Assembly (NCBI GenBank): GCA_013239625.1
Contig: MU053416.1
Location: forward strand, 47,562-111,561
DNA: 64,000 nucleotides
Direction of reading: 5' to 3'
Source of the DNA: Lama guanicoe
Lineage: Eukaryota
In this document: in pieces, positions 40,355 to 53,329 of the stretch
Layout: each line of letters begins with the position of its first letter
Numbering within the stretch: the first letter of the stretch is position 1
Program-made: the position numbers and the translations under genes
The notes under the pieces: generated by a model
Told to the model about the DNA's origin: nothing
What the model saw: the letters and a program-made list of their open reading frames with translations, nothing else
Database searches by the model: none

Positions 40355-41498
40355 CCGGAAAGTAAAATGCATGGAAATATCTCACTGCTGTTGCACGACA
40401 TCTGCACCAAAATCATGCTGGCAAAGCACTACTCAACTCTCTCACTACAAAAATAAATAAATAAAAAGCTACGAAAGCAAATTTAGGCTCTTCCATTGAA
40501 AACCAGCAACCATCACTTCCAGTATCTGAGCTGGAATGCTCCTGAATTCAAAAACCACTGTGCAGTTACTTTTCAAACGTGAAAGGGATATATGTATTCC
40601 ACATAGATGATATTACAGTAGGATTTTTCTTTTCAAAATTTCCAGTTGCAACATTAGCACAAGAAAGTTTATGTTTCAGCTTTAAAAAAATCAATTACTT
40701 TCCATTTTCTTAATTTTGAACCTATTATTATTTTATAAAGGGAGCTATGCTGCATATTATAAACCAACTGTTTGGCTTCTACAAACAAGACCTTTAGGTC
40801 CTCATTATTTCAGCGCAAACTTTAATGATGCTTTGAGAGGTGGGGCCTGGGGCGTTCACTAAGAGCGCTTTAAATACTGACAAGGATATGCTATTAAGTA
40901 ATGCAAAGGCTCTAACTCCACATTAACTCAGAAACCAAAGAAACTACACCAAAGCCTTACTTTATCATTTTTAAATATTCCTATTCTTTTGAATATTTAA
41001 TTTCTTAAAAGATATGATTGTTTCGAGAAAGACAACAGCTATATTAAATTTCCTCTCACCAAGAAAGCAATCTTTATCAAGAATAAAAGCCCCTATGGAA
41101 ATCCAAAAGACGGGACGTTTCTAGCTAAGTGAACATGCAGATCTGAACACAAACCTAAATCCTATCAGATCTCACTCGAACGAGCTCAACAAAGTCCTGG
41201 GCTACCCTGGAACTTAGCTCTTCTGTTCCAAATGTTGGCTGAGCTAAGATTATCACACAAGGCAGGGAAGGAGAGAAGAGGAAAGTCCACCTGGCGGCCT
41301 CCATCTATTTTCTTCCAGCCACAAGGTGCCGCTAGGGCGGCCCGACTAACAAGCCCTCCCCATAAGGAAATCCGGCATCCACATTGCCCCTGCCGTCCCC
41401 AAGCAGCCCCGACGCCCCTCTCCCACTGGTCACCTCCCTGCCTTTGAATGGTCTTTTAATGTCCCCTCCAGTTGTTGGCACCCTCCCCCTCTTCCCCG

Positions 41499-41500
<2 letters not shown>

Positions 41501-41530
<30 letters not shown>
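41501..41530. repeat. (AC)15 microsatellite
   Basis: Perfect AC repeat. Confidence 0.98.
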
Positions 41531-41534
<4 letters not shown>

Positions 41535-44500
41535 CCAGGGCAGCCTTCCCAAAGCACAAGTTTGATTACATCACCCCCAATTCAAACCCTTCAGAGGCTC
41601 CCTGGTAGAGTTCTAGCCCCACCCCGACCCTAACCCTGCTCGCCAAGCCTCACCTCAGTACCCAGGTCACCAGTGACCTCTGGGCCCCCTGACCTGCTGC
41701 TACTTCCCACTTGCCTCCAGGATCATTTTGACTGTTTCTCAAGGAAGCCTTCTCTCCCGCCAACCTCCGCACTTTGTTCCTCTGTTCCTAAAACATTCTA
41801 GGCTAAGTCAACTTCTGACACTGCTAAGCTCCCAAGAAGGATATACATTTTGCTTACTACTCTGGGTCCACCCCCTCTCCCTTAGACACTCAGAACTGCA
41901 CGTGTTATGAATAAACGAAAGACGGGGTGGGTCTCAAATGGACAGACAGACCTGCTCTCGCCCGTCCCGACCCTTCTTTCTGTAGAACATCAGAAGCAAA
42001 ACCAGGAGAACCTTCCCTGAGGGTCTCTTCCTACTGATACCCTTCACTGCCTCCTGTGTCAGTTCTAGTAAAACCCAAGTTCTTTGAAAGCCCTCAGCCC
42101 CAGGCCCTGTCCAGTGACCTCCCCAGCAGGGGCACCCTCCACCCTGAACCACAAAAGGCACTCTCCCCGAGTCCCCACCCACAAGCCTCCAGGCCTCTGC
42201 CCGGGATGCACCTTCCACCTGAGCCACCTTCTTGACTCCTTCTCCTGGCTGACTCTTACTCTGTCCTCAGAACTGAATGTAGAGCCCATTTCTTCCAGGA
42301 AGTCCTCTCTGATAATGTCCTTTAGGTCTTGGCTGGGCTTTCTCTACAGCAGCACTGCATGGCGACCAACTGGTGTTTGTCCACCTGCTCCTTTGAGACC
42401 ATGATCTCTTGGAGGCCATGTGGGAAAAAGGAGTGATATGACAAGAGGGGTGGGAAGAGCAAAAAACAAAATCACAGCCCAAGTCTCAAATTTAAGGATT
42501 CTTTCTTAGGAAAAAAATAAAATGTTTCATACGTGTGTCATTTGGCTACTATTTTTGTGGTTCATGGAAAGCAAGAGCTTGGTGTTCTAGTCCAAAAACC
42601 AAGTAACATGCAAAGAAATGTATATATTCATATCTAAAGCAAACCAGAACTGCTCAACAACAGTTTGCAGTTTAAACCAAAAGGAACTTTGATAAAAGCT
42701 ATCTCTCTCCTTTTTTTTTTTCCTCTGGTATCATATAGTTTCAAAAGTATTTGTATAACTAAGTGATGGCTACAGCCCATGATTCTGCACTGGAGTGTTT
42801 GGGGCTGAGGAAGCCCAGATTACATGCACTGCGTAAATCCAGTCACACCAACACACTGTCAGGCGTCCTAGTGGCTGAGCTGAATTTCCAAAGCATTCAA
42901 CCTTATGTTGGAAGAAAGTTCTAAGTCGAAAGTAAGAAATGCAACGTTCTGTAATCAATTTAATATGTTATATGGGCCATTAACCCATAGTGCATCTTGC
43001 CTAATGAAACCCAAAAATAAACTGCCAACGTCGATTTTCTCCATCTGACCGTTTTATGCTAACATTGGATATCAAACCCTCACTCCATACGGAAAGCTCA
43101 GGCCTACGCTGCAGCACAGTTACATCCCGTGGAAGACAGCCGATCAAGGGAGAACTGGAGAGTTTCTCTTCAGAAGCTGCTAAGTCTGGTTTTGCACCTG
43201 TACATCATTTGCAACCATGTCATCGTCGAAGGAGTAAGACCTTACATCTGTGGGGCGTAAAGCACTGTGGTGCTTCCGAATCATCAAAGAACACTGAGCT
43301 TTGTGAAACAGTCCTGAGGCACTTAAATCGCACTTTTTCTGAAAGTCTCCAAAACTGACTCACTTCACCATTCCATGTACAACTGGTAGGTACCAGAATT
43401 ACTAGAGAAAACATGCCCTTGAAGTCTGACAAGGCCCTGCTTGAATCCTGCTACAGCATTTACTAGCCGCTAAACTGACCAATTCCTTAACCCCCCTGAA
43501 AAGGCCTCCCAATCTGTAAAAGGGGGCTGCCACCATCCACCTGGGAGGCATGGATGTGAATGCAACATGCAAGTAGGGCGGCCGACTGGTACCTGACACG
43601 GGGCCAGGCTAGTTTCCCTCCGCTGTCCTTCTCCCCCTTTAAACTTGCACTGTTCCCCCTGGTAAGGATCAAGCCCCCGCAACTTACTGCCCGATTCTTC
43701 TGTGTATCCCCGGATACATGCCTTACCCTTAGGAGGCCAGGAAAACTACTGCCTCCTCCCCAGTCACTATCAATGTTCTTAAGAGTCTGGGTTTTTTTAA
43801 CTCTATTTTGCAGGGAGACTATTCCAGAACTGTCCAAGCACCATTCTCCAGGTTGGCTCCCCTCCCATGGCTCATCCCTTCTCACCTCAGATCCTATGTC
43901 TGATTGCCTTCTGTTCTTGGTAAAGCGAGTCTGCTATGTTGGGGACTCCCTAGGCCTCCCTCCCTCCCTCAGAGGTGAGGGTGACTATCTTCTTCCCACT
44001 CCTCACTCCCAATCCAGCTTCTGAGGAGTCTCCCTTCCCGGACCCTGCAGCCTCTGCATCTTCCCAAGATGCACAAGTGGCCACGACCCTCCCTTTAGAT
44101 TTCTTCTTGGGTGGCCCTGCCCACCACCCGGGCCCTTAAAGATAAATGGCATTGCTCTGAAAATCGCAAACGCCGCTGACTGACACACCAAAGCTGCATG
44201 GTCTGGGATTTCCTCCAACCCAGGCACAGCCCTGACCTCCCTCAGACTCAGTCTGCACCTCTCGAGATGAGCTAATCCACATGCAAGGCTGTGAACACCA
44301 GCTAAGAATGACGGCTCCCAACGTGTATCTCTAGTCCGGCTCCTTCACCTGAGCCCCAGGCTCATAGAGCCGAATGCCTCTTTGAAGTCCTAACTTGAAT
44401 GACAAATGGCATCTTAAAGTTGCCCCATGTCCACCAGTTACTCTGGAATTTCTTTCCTGACAGTTACCTCCCAGGCTCCCCATTTTAGTAACAGCCCCAG

Positions 44501-47500
44501 CACCCACCTAGGTGTTTGAAGTCACATTCAATTTCCCCTATTCCCTCCCCATGCCCGGCCCTGGAATCAGTCCTGTTATTTCCGTCGCTAAGCCCATCTC
44601 AAGTCTGGTTCTGTAGGGACCACAGCTGGAACCCCACAAGCTCACAGCATGGTGAAGTGAGTCACAGTCCTCCGAACGGTGCTCCCTGGAGGGGGAGGCA
44701 TCTCCTGCCGCCGGTCACCTCAGAAGACACTGGATTCTCACCAAGGAGGCCCAGGAGAAGGGACTCAATGTTCTCCCGTTGTTAGAACTTTGAAGGGCCT
44801 GAGGTCTGGGGGAGCTCCTAGTTAGCAGACTCACCTGCCAGTGAGCAGATGAGGATGGAGGAACCCAGGCAGGGCTGTTCTCACTCTGACCCTGGGGCTC
44901 TCAGTAGCCACGGGAAAGGCCTGCATCCAGGGCACAGCCCGGCCATCACAGATCCCAGCCTGCATTTGCCAATTCGGACAGCCTAGACTCCTTCTACTTG
45001 TGACACTTCTGTTCTGTTCCCCACTTACTCTTTCAGTAAGTCTGGCCTGTCTCAAGGAGACCAAGTCAGTGAAAAATGAAGTGTCCACATTTGGACCAGA
45101 GCATGAAAGGAAAAACAAGACCTCAAGGCCAGCATGACGGTGGTGGCCAAACGCTTCCCCGGGTGAGATGAACAGGGTGGGGGTGATAATGCAAGGTCTT
45201 GGTCGGCCAAAATATCTCCCTTCTCGGCTGACTCGGGTGTTGGAGTCTCACTACCGGAAACTAACGACACGGCCGTCAGTGGTGGACGTCAACTGCAACA
45301 GACACAGGGTCAGCTTTTTACGGCCAACTTGGGTTAAAAGTAAACGCTGGTGCAAGGAGACCTGCACGGCTGCTGAGGCAAACCACAGACCCGGCTCTGA
45401 ATGCCCACTGGCTGAAACAGAGAAGAAGCTACGGTCCCCTTTAGCAGTCCCTGTGTCCACCAGATCCAAGTGAGCCAGCCTGTTAGGAGAAGGCCATGTT
45501 GTCCTGACACTTTGAAAAACCAGCCTCGTTAAAGGGAAGAAAAGAGTGGCATGGATTTTAGACCCGCTTCTTCCTCTTTATGAAGGCAAAGTAAAGTAAA
45601 TGGCACGGGGAAGGTGAATACAAAAAAAAAAAAATAGGTGACTGCTTCCTCCAACAGCGTCCCCTTCAGCTGCTCACCCGCAAGCCTGCCACTTCCTCGC
45701 CAGTGACCGCCGGCCAGGAAGCGCCGTCACGCACGTCACACAGCGACAGCCAGGAACCATGTGCCGAGCACGTTTGTGTAAAAGCCAGAATCAAGCAAGG
45801 TGCTGCAGAATTTGACTTTCCAAGTTTAAATACTCCATGAAAAAAATCCCTCAGCAGCCGCCTAAATCAATTCGCATCTCACTTCTTCAAAACAAATAAA
45901 CAAAATTAATAAGAGTACATTTGTCACCAAATATAAGGAGGACCAAACAGGTTCCTCAAAGCAAGGATTTTAAAAGGTATCGAACACTATTGGGTGACGT
46001 GCTAACAAAGCAAAAATTCCAGAAAAACTAGAAAATAAAAAGATGACTAGGATAATATATGGATCAAGGCAGCTGTTAAGTTTTTGCTTTTTAAATTGAT
46101 GGATCGCACGGAGGGCGATCTGGCTATTTCCAATGCAGGGTGTGCACAGCCCACCTTTTCAGACCCAACAACATGCTCACAGGGCAGTACAAGAGAAAAA
46201 GGAAAATAGAGAAAGGAAAAGAGGAACAAGCAAAAATTAGAAACACACGAGAACAAAAATAACTGACAGCCTGTACAAGAATTTATGTGAGTGTGATGAG
46301 GACAGGGACGCGGGGACGGTGAGACCCACCCTCACCTCCTGCTCCAGGGAAGGCAGGGGACTAAGGGGAGGGGTGCTGCCGGGGGACCCAACGTGGTCAG
46401 CGCCCCAAACCAAAACTCCACCTACATGCCTCTAGACAGCTTTTGAGCTACAAAATGTGGTCACATTTCAATATGGACAGTTTTACTCACTCCCACCAAG
46501 ATTAGCGGGAGACAACTAGGCTCTGCTCCTGCACCAAAGCACTGTTTTAAAAATTAATGACTGTGGAATTGTAAAAGCAACAGTGGAGTAAAAGTGACTG
46601 GAGAAGAACGTGCTTGACCCGAGCTCACTGGCCGCGTTATCTCACTCACGTTCAGATGCTGGCTGAGCCCTTATGGTACCAGAACAGACAGACCCAACCA
46701 TAGGGAGGTTTAATGCACTGCTGTATTTTGATGCCGAGAGCCATGCCTGGTACACGAGGTTCTGGGTAAACAATGGTGACAGTTTCAACCACTACGGGCT
46801 AAGCAAACATCCAGCTACTCTGCCAAATCCCAAGGACAGACTTCAAAAGGCTGAAACAAGCTGGCATTCTCTGGTGCGTCTGCAGACTCAGAGCAAAGCA
46901 GTTGATGAGCAAAAATGTCACCAGTGCCTCCTATGACAAAAGAGGAGGCACTGGCCAGGGGGCTGGGGCAGGGTTCCAGGCTTCCACTGCTCACCGACCA
47001 GTCTGTCCAGGTGGAGAAGTTGGTCCCTGCTTATGTTGCACTGATGCACCTACCTTGACTAACGCCTTGGGGCTCAGCAGGAGGTGACAGGTGAGGTGAA
47101 CTGAGCCAGCCTGGGAGTGGCCCGGTGCTGACAGCTGTGCCCTCAGCTTTGCCCAGGCCACTAAACCTGCCACCTCATATCCAAGGAGCAGAAGGGGAGC
47201 GCGGGCATGTAGATTACAGTGTCCTGCGAAGACAAGTACAGATCATGGCCACGACATCTGTCGCCCCTTCCTTAAGCCATAGAGACATGTCCGGGGAGGA
47301 AGTGAAAATTCACCCAGAGCCTGCCAGGCACCACACGCAGGTGGGACTCGGGTCCCCTGTGCCTCTCGCTCACAGGGCTGGTCTGCACTTTCTTTTTATC
47401 AATTCTCTGGCATCTCCTTCTCCAACTTACCAACAACCAGAAAGTAGGATCTGACCTTAGGTAAGTTCAAGAATCACAGAGCACCGCCTCCACAGCAGGC

Positions 47501-48099
47501 CCGGCAGCACATGCTAGGTCCTCCGACCGTCACTTGTGGGACCACCATCAGTGCTCTCCAGACTCAAGGCCCGAGGCCGTAGGCCGGGGGGGACACAGCT
47601 TCCCTCACTGTCCCCAGCAAAGGGGGATCACCTGTCGGCAAAGGCATCTCACCCTCTTCTGCCCGAGGGACAGCACAGTAGATACACAGGGAAACAGAGC
47701 AGAGGGCGGGGGGGGGGGAGGCAGCCCAAAAGAGCTCGTCTGCACTTCCGAGGCAAAGTGGGGCCGTTGACCTAATCACAGGGACAAAGTGAGGACGAAT
47801 CTTTCCTGCTCTGTCCCATACTCCTTGACACGCCTTTCCCTGCATAAGGAGTTCATTCGGAAGTCCCTGGCGGTGTTTCTGATGTCCTAACTTGGCATGG
47901 CGGCTGTCGGGCAGGGAGAGAGGGCCTGAGCCATGCAGGTGCTGGGCCTAGGAGTCAGGAGACACCGGCTCCACCCCCAGCTCAACCAGCTCCTCGTTCT
48001 GCTTCTCGGGTTTCAGCGTCTCATCTATAAGCAAAGGGATGAGACTGTCCCAGGACAGGCTGCCCAACAGGGATGAAATGAGAGCCATGTAAAGAAATC

Positions 48100-48368
48100 T
48101 TCCCAGTTGCCACATTTAAAAAGGTAAAACAAAACAAAACACTAGAAACTGATTTTAAGAACAGATCTTATTCTACTGTATGTAAAATACTATCATTTTG
48201 ACATGTAATCAATATAGAAAGTAAGAAGATAGTTTACATTCTTTTTTCTAGACAAGTCTCAGCGTCTGATGTGCATTTGACCTACAGCACATCTCAGCTC
48301 AGACCAGCCTCCTCCCCAGCGCTCCTAACATCAGTGGCTGTGGCTACTCTATTGGACAGCAACTCCAG
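48100..48368. mobile_element. MER33-like hAT-Charlie DNA transposon remnant
   Basis: gccacatttaaaaaggtaaaa...ttgacatgtaatcaatata...acagcacatctca...gtggctactctattggacagc. Confidence 0.7.
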
Positions 48369-48599
48369 GGGTCCCACCAAGAGTCCTGGCTGAAAAGCGG
48401 TAGGAAGTGTCCACACTAACCCTAAAAGGATCTCACTGAAACAAAGGCGGATTCTCTTTTAAACGTCTTAAAAACCGGCGGGCTGCACCTCCCTCCCTCC
48501 TTGGCTACAAGACAGCCCTCCTCCTTGCTGATCACTTTCTGGATGTAGGGAAGCAACCCGGCACACAGCCATGGTGGCCGGGCCTCCAGGTAGACTTAC

Positions 48600-49171
48600 C
48601 TGCTCTCTGTGTGCAGTCCAATGAAGTCCTCCTCCTCAAACAGGATGTAGAGGAGGGGAATCTTGCCCCAGACTTGTCGGGGGCTCCGTCCAACCACTTG
48701 GACTTGAGCATGATGAAGAGTGACTCAGTGAAGTCCTCGATCCTCTTCTCCACCACCCTGCAGTCCTCGTAGATTGAAGGCCACGTCGATGCGCGGCTGC
48801 TCGGCCACCTCCCCATGCAGCCCAATGACAAAGAGCTGAGAGTCGTAGAGCGTGGTGCCATACAGCTCCTCTGCACATGGAGCTTCTAGAAGGTCTTGGC
48901 TAAGAGGCAGTCAGTAATGGTGACAAGGCCCACGACCTTGCGGTGAGTCTGGAAGTCGCTCCACCCATTCTTGGGCCCGTAGTGGTGCCTGTAGTGGATA
49001 CAGAGTGCCCACTGGGAGCCGCACGGGCTGACCTGGCTCGCCAAGGAGATTCGCTTATAGATGCAAAAGAAATTCTCCTCTAAGATGATCCCCATGGGTT
49101 GGACCACCACGGGGAGAGTCTGGTGGTCCTCAGCACACTGCATGTAGTCAGTGATGCTCATGTTGCAGGCC
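48600..49171 (-). pseudogene. TRAPPC9: TRAPPC9 exon 2 remnant (first coding exon, 572 nt)
   Basis: Acceptor ctcctctcccctctcagcag, then 10 nt UTR, then ATG (49161). Reads [16 protein letters not shown]...[13 protein letters not shown]...[14 protein letters not shown]...[19 protein letters not shown]...IPLL...DFIGLHTES, then donor gtaagt (48599-48594). TAG stop at 48888-48886; deletions of 3, 12, 1, 5 and 1 nt relative to the recalled human exon. Confidence 0.96.
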
Positions 49172-49603
49172 CTGCTGAGAGGGGAGAGGAGACCAAGGTA
49201 CATACGGTGTTGCGGGCTGCGGGCCCCTCTTGGTTGCTGTGACCTGGTGTGTACCAGTCAGAAGGCAGGGGAAGCCCAAGCAAGCCTGGGGTACAGTTTG
49301 TCCTCAGAGTCTGCACATGGCTACCATAGCTCAGATCACATTACGCAGCTCTTGGTCTAGGCTTCCAGCCCCTGCAGAAAAGGGTCACTTCTTGTTTTCC
49401 GTTTCCAAGCACCTAGCCAGGCCTTGATGCAAAGTCAGTGCTCAAAACTGCTGAAGGGGAGGAATGAATAAAGGAACTGCTTCCCCAACCCCCTTCAGCA
49501 GAATATAAAGAAAAGAACCACAGTGGGATCAAAAGTTCTGGATTTCAACTCCAATTTATTTGAACACCTAAGCTGCAGAATAATGGATAAGAAAACTTGC
49601 TTT

Positions 49604-49812
49604 GGGGAGGTGGGTACAGTTCAGTGGTAGAGCACGTGCTTAGCATGTACGAAGTCCTGGGTTCAATCCCCAGTACCTCATTTTAAAGAATGAAACAAAT
49701 AAATAAACTTAATTACACACCACAAAAAGTATTTTTTTAATTCAAAATTCAGAAAAAACACCTTGCAATTGACACAACATTGTAAACCTGACTGTACTTC
49801 AATTGAAAAAAA
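49604..49812 (+). mobile_element. Camelid tRNA-derived SINE plus a short L1 3'-end piece at its tail
   Basis: ggggaggtgggtacagttcagtggtagagcacgtgcttagcatgtacgaagtcctgggttcaatccccagtacc; aattgacacaacattgtaaacctgactgtacttcaat; acttgc flanking repeats. Confidence 0.85.
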
Positions 49813-51954
49813 TACTTGCCTTACAAGAATATATCTGGATTACGGAAGTTTGCAAATGTAAAATGCCTAGGGTATCACCTGCATAAAAAGGGGGGAGTGT
49901 GCAAATTTACTATCCCTCCTTTATGAGCTATATTACCTTTGGGGGGGTTATAACCTCTCAGAGCTATTTTTCTCAGATTAAAAAAAAGAAAACATTAGCT
50001 GATTCTCAGTACTGATGAAGAATCAGATAACCCTATGAAAGCATCTGACCCACAGAGGTTACTCAATAAAAGTTGAATGAATGAATAAACAAGCAAAGTG
50101 AATGCTGCTCCCTGCAAAAGACCATCATAATGGTACTGTCTGGAAATCCCAAGCCCACGTCCCACCCGACTCTACACTAACTGTGCGGGTGACCTGGGCA
50201 GGCCTGTGTGTTTCTCTAAGCTCCAGTTTAATCATGAATAGAAATGAGGGCAATAACACAAAATTCAAAGGGTTAGTGAGTCAGTAATGAATTGTACCCC
50301 AACTTTGCGAGATGGAACCATTAAAGAAAATTGGGCAAAGAGCCCAAAGGCCCTCTCCATATTATCTCTTACAACTACATGGAAATCTACATTACATCTC
50401 AAAATAAAAAGTCTAATTTTTTAAAGATGCTATTGAGATTAAATCAGCTCACTATCTCAAATAAGGAACACAGAGTACAAATAGGACAATGCCTAGCCCA
50501 TGAGATACACTCAGTAAACATTCTCACTGAACCCACTGGTCCCTCCAACTTCAGAGCATGAGGATGGGTCCTCGTGGCCAGAGGCCACTGCACCTGAAGC
50601 TCACAAAGCTAATGGTCCCGACTTCCAAGAGCCCCTGCCACCACCCTAGGTCTAATTTCATAATTGTAATATTTTTTCTTTTTTTTAAATAGAAACCCCC
50701 AATTGCATAGCCTTCAGGTCACCAAAACCTGACCACAGAGTTCATGATGGCAGCCCTTCTTGGTGAAACAATAAAATGAAAAGCCATTTCCACAAGACCT
50801 CTGTGTAAATCTACTAGGGAACTTCATCCTGGACTGAGGAAGAGGACTGGGGAGGAGGGGGCAATCTGGGGCACACAGACCCGTGGGCAACCTGTCCCAC
50901 GATAGACTTTAGACTCAATCCTCACCCTCCAGGAACTTCAAAATACACACAGACAGAGTGCTATGGACAAGAATTAAAAAAAAAAAAAACAAACCTGAAT
51001 CCCTAGCAGGTCTTTTTCCTACCGAGACACAAATGGCTTATGTGTATAATGTTTCACGAAAGCCCTAAAATATTATCACCCCAACTTGACGCATTAAGAA
51101 GCTGAGGGAAAGAGGTTTATCACATTGTGCAAGATTAGAGAGAGGCCACAACAGACACCGTATTTAAACCCAAGCCCCTGCTCCAGCACTCACACTAGAA
51201 AGTGTGTTATACTGCCCCTTTCCTGCCCTCTCCCTGCAACAAATCTCTGAAGAGTCTTTTCTGTGCCACCTGGAATCACAATCACATCAACTTTCCACAA
51301 AGAGCTATGTCACTCCTTGGAGGACGTATCAAAATCTAAAGGGTTGGGATGGGAGGAGAGATTTGCATTTTCTGTTTCTCAAAGGCAACATGGCTTTAAA
51401 AGAAACTGAAAAGCATTTATCTAGTCTAAGCCCTCATTATGCAGAGAAGGAAACGGAGGCTCAGAAGAGATGAGGAAAGGGCCTTATTAACAAATATTGC
51501 CTCAGTGCAGCACCAAGCCAGCCCAGGGCACTGCTGGGGGAGGATCTGGGAGGCCCAGGAGAATGAGTGTTAGAAAAAGGAAAGAGAAGGAGCATACAAG
51601 GCCCTGTCTCTACACCGCCATAACATGAAGTTCCACCAAATTATCCAGTATGGTTGCAGCCAACATTAAGGTGGGCTAAACAGGTTATAGAAACCTGGAA
51701 GTCTCAACCACAGTGGAAATTCCAAAGTTTACTATGTTTTTTCCCCAGTTGAAGCATCAGCTCTGTGGGCGCTCCGTACCAGGTACTACACGAGGCCTGG
51801 AGTTCTCCTAAATACAGATCTCTATTACCACGTGTGCAAACCACATACAGGCCCACCAGAAGAAAAACGCCCACAGATAAGATGGAATTACTGAAACTGA
51901 AAGCAGCCAACCAGCATATATTACTAGCAAAAACGGTGCTGCTAGAAATGGACT

Positions 51955-52235
51955 AATGGACATAGAAAGCAAACTGTGGTTAGCAGGCAGAAAAGGGGGG
52001 ATTAACAGATGCACATTAATAAATATAAAATAAATGACAAGGATCTACTATATAGCACAGGGAACTATATTCAATTTCTTGTAATGAGTTGTACTAAAAA
52101 ACAATCTGAAAAACATGTATATACATATGCATATGTTTATAACTGAATCTCAGCTGTACACCTGAAAATAACATTGTAAACTGATTACACGTCAATAAAA
52201 AATAATTTTAAAAAATAAGTAAAAATAAAAGCAAT
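51955..52235 (+). mobile_element. L1 3'-end fragment (artiodactyl type)
   Basis: ggacatagaaagcaaactgtgg...tatagcacagggaactatattcaat...tgtacacctgaaa...aataaaaaa. Confidence 0.85.
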
Positions 52236-53329
52236 GCCATTAAAAAAAAAAAACACTGTAATCCTCTTAGCTGTAGGTGGTGGAGAAATCTGGTTGCAAG
52301 CACCAAGTCCACTGGATTACTTCAGCATTGGCTGTCACTCTTTCTGACCATCACAGAGTCACTTGGCTTCACTGAGGTTACTTTTCTCTTCTGTGAAAGG
52401 CTACAGTTGCAACTAAAGATGTACAGAATCTCATCATTCACAAACTCAACAATTAATGAGGACTTCCCATGGGCCAGGCTCTGGACAGAAGAAAAGATAG
52501 GGTTCCAGATATATTCATGGGTAGAAAAGTTTATGCCATAAAGACATTAATTCTTCCTGTTAGACAGATTCAATGCAATTCTGATTAGAATTCCTACCAG
52601 ATTTTTCATGGAATGTAACAAGTTAATTTATGGTCAGGAACAGCCAAGAAAATTCTTTAGAACCACCTCTGGGGAAGGGTGAATAGGTCATTCATTTCCA
52701 CTGTTCTTTCTGAAGTGATGAAAACGTTCTGGAATAATAATGGTTGCACCACTGTGAATGTGCTAAAAGGTGCTGAATTGTACCATTTAAATTGGTGGAC
52801 TTCACAGTGTATGAACAATATCACAATAAAGCTGTTATATGATAAAATATTTCTTGACAATTATTTTTCCCTCTATACAACTAGTCTGCCCCACAATTTA
52901 AGAAAGACAAAAAATCCAAACAAACCAAAGTTTGCCAGGAGCTCTTTAGGACTGCAATGTCCCTGCGTCTCCAACGCCTCTGGTGGCGCTGTTCCTGGTA
53001 ACACACACTAGCTGGGCTGGACTAGTTAGGGACTGTAACTATCTTTTTAAAATCGACGGTCACACGTTTCACCCTGGGAGAGGGAAAGATGGAGGATGTC
53101 ACAGCCTCATGCCTTCAGCTCATTTTTAACTGAACCAAGCCATGCTTTCAACACTGTAATCCCTCTCACTATAAAAACACGTGACATCAACACCGCCATC
53201 ATAACACCTGAAAGTGTTAAAGGTACTTACGTGGGGCAGAAACACTGAGGGAGGAGACGGAAGCTCGCTCAGCACTGGCGTGCCCTTTTCCAGACTCCAC
53301 CAGGAGAAGCTGGGCTTTACAGCTGGAGG

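Larger units (their letters stand above)
15460..49171 (-). pseudogene. TRAPPC9: Unprocessed (duplicated) pseudogene of TRAPPC9/NIBP; exon 2, 3, 5, 6 and 7 remnants with introns
   Basis: Five separate minus-strand segments translate to consecutive parts of the TRAPPC9 N-terminus, in order, and are bounded by splice sites at the expected exon junctions. Multiple stops and frameshifts are present. Confidence 0.92.

Noticed and set aside
43364..43401. 38-nt minus-strand exon-like segment (ttttctctag|...GAA|gtgagt)
   Set aside because: No homology to TRAPPC9 or any protein I recognise; such site pairs occur by chance at this scale.
15460..49171. Functional TRAPPC9 gene
   Set aside because: Stops in exons 2 and 6, frameshifts in exons 2, 6 and 7, a mutated exon 3 acceptor and no detectable exon 4 are too many lesions for a conserved gene.
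48532..49203. Processed (retro) pseudogene of TRAPPC9
   Set aside because: Homology stops exactly at splice sites (cag| and |gtaagt) and resumes kilobases away; there is no polyA tail or TSD.
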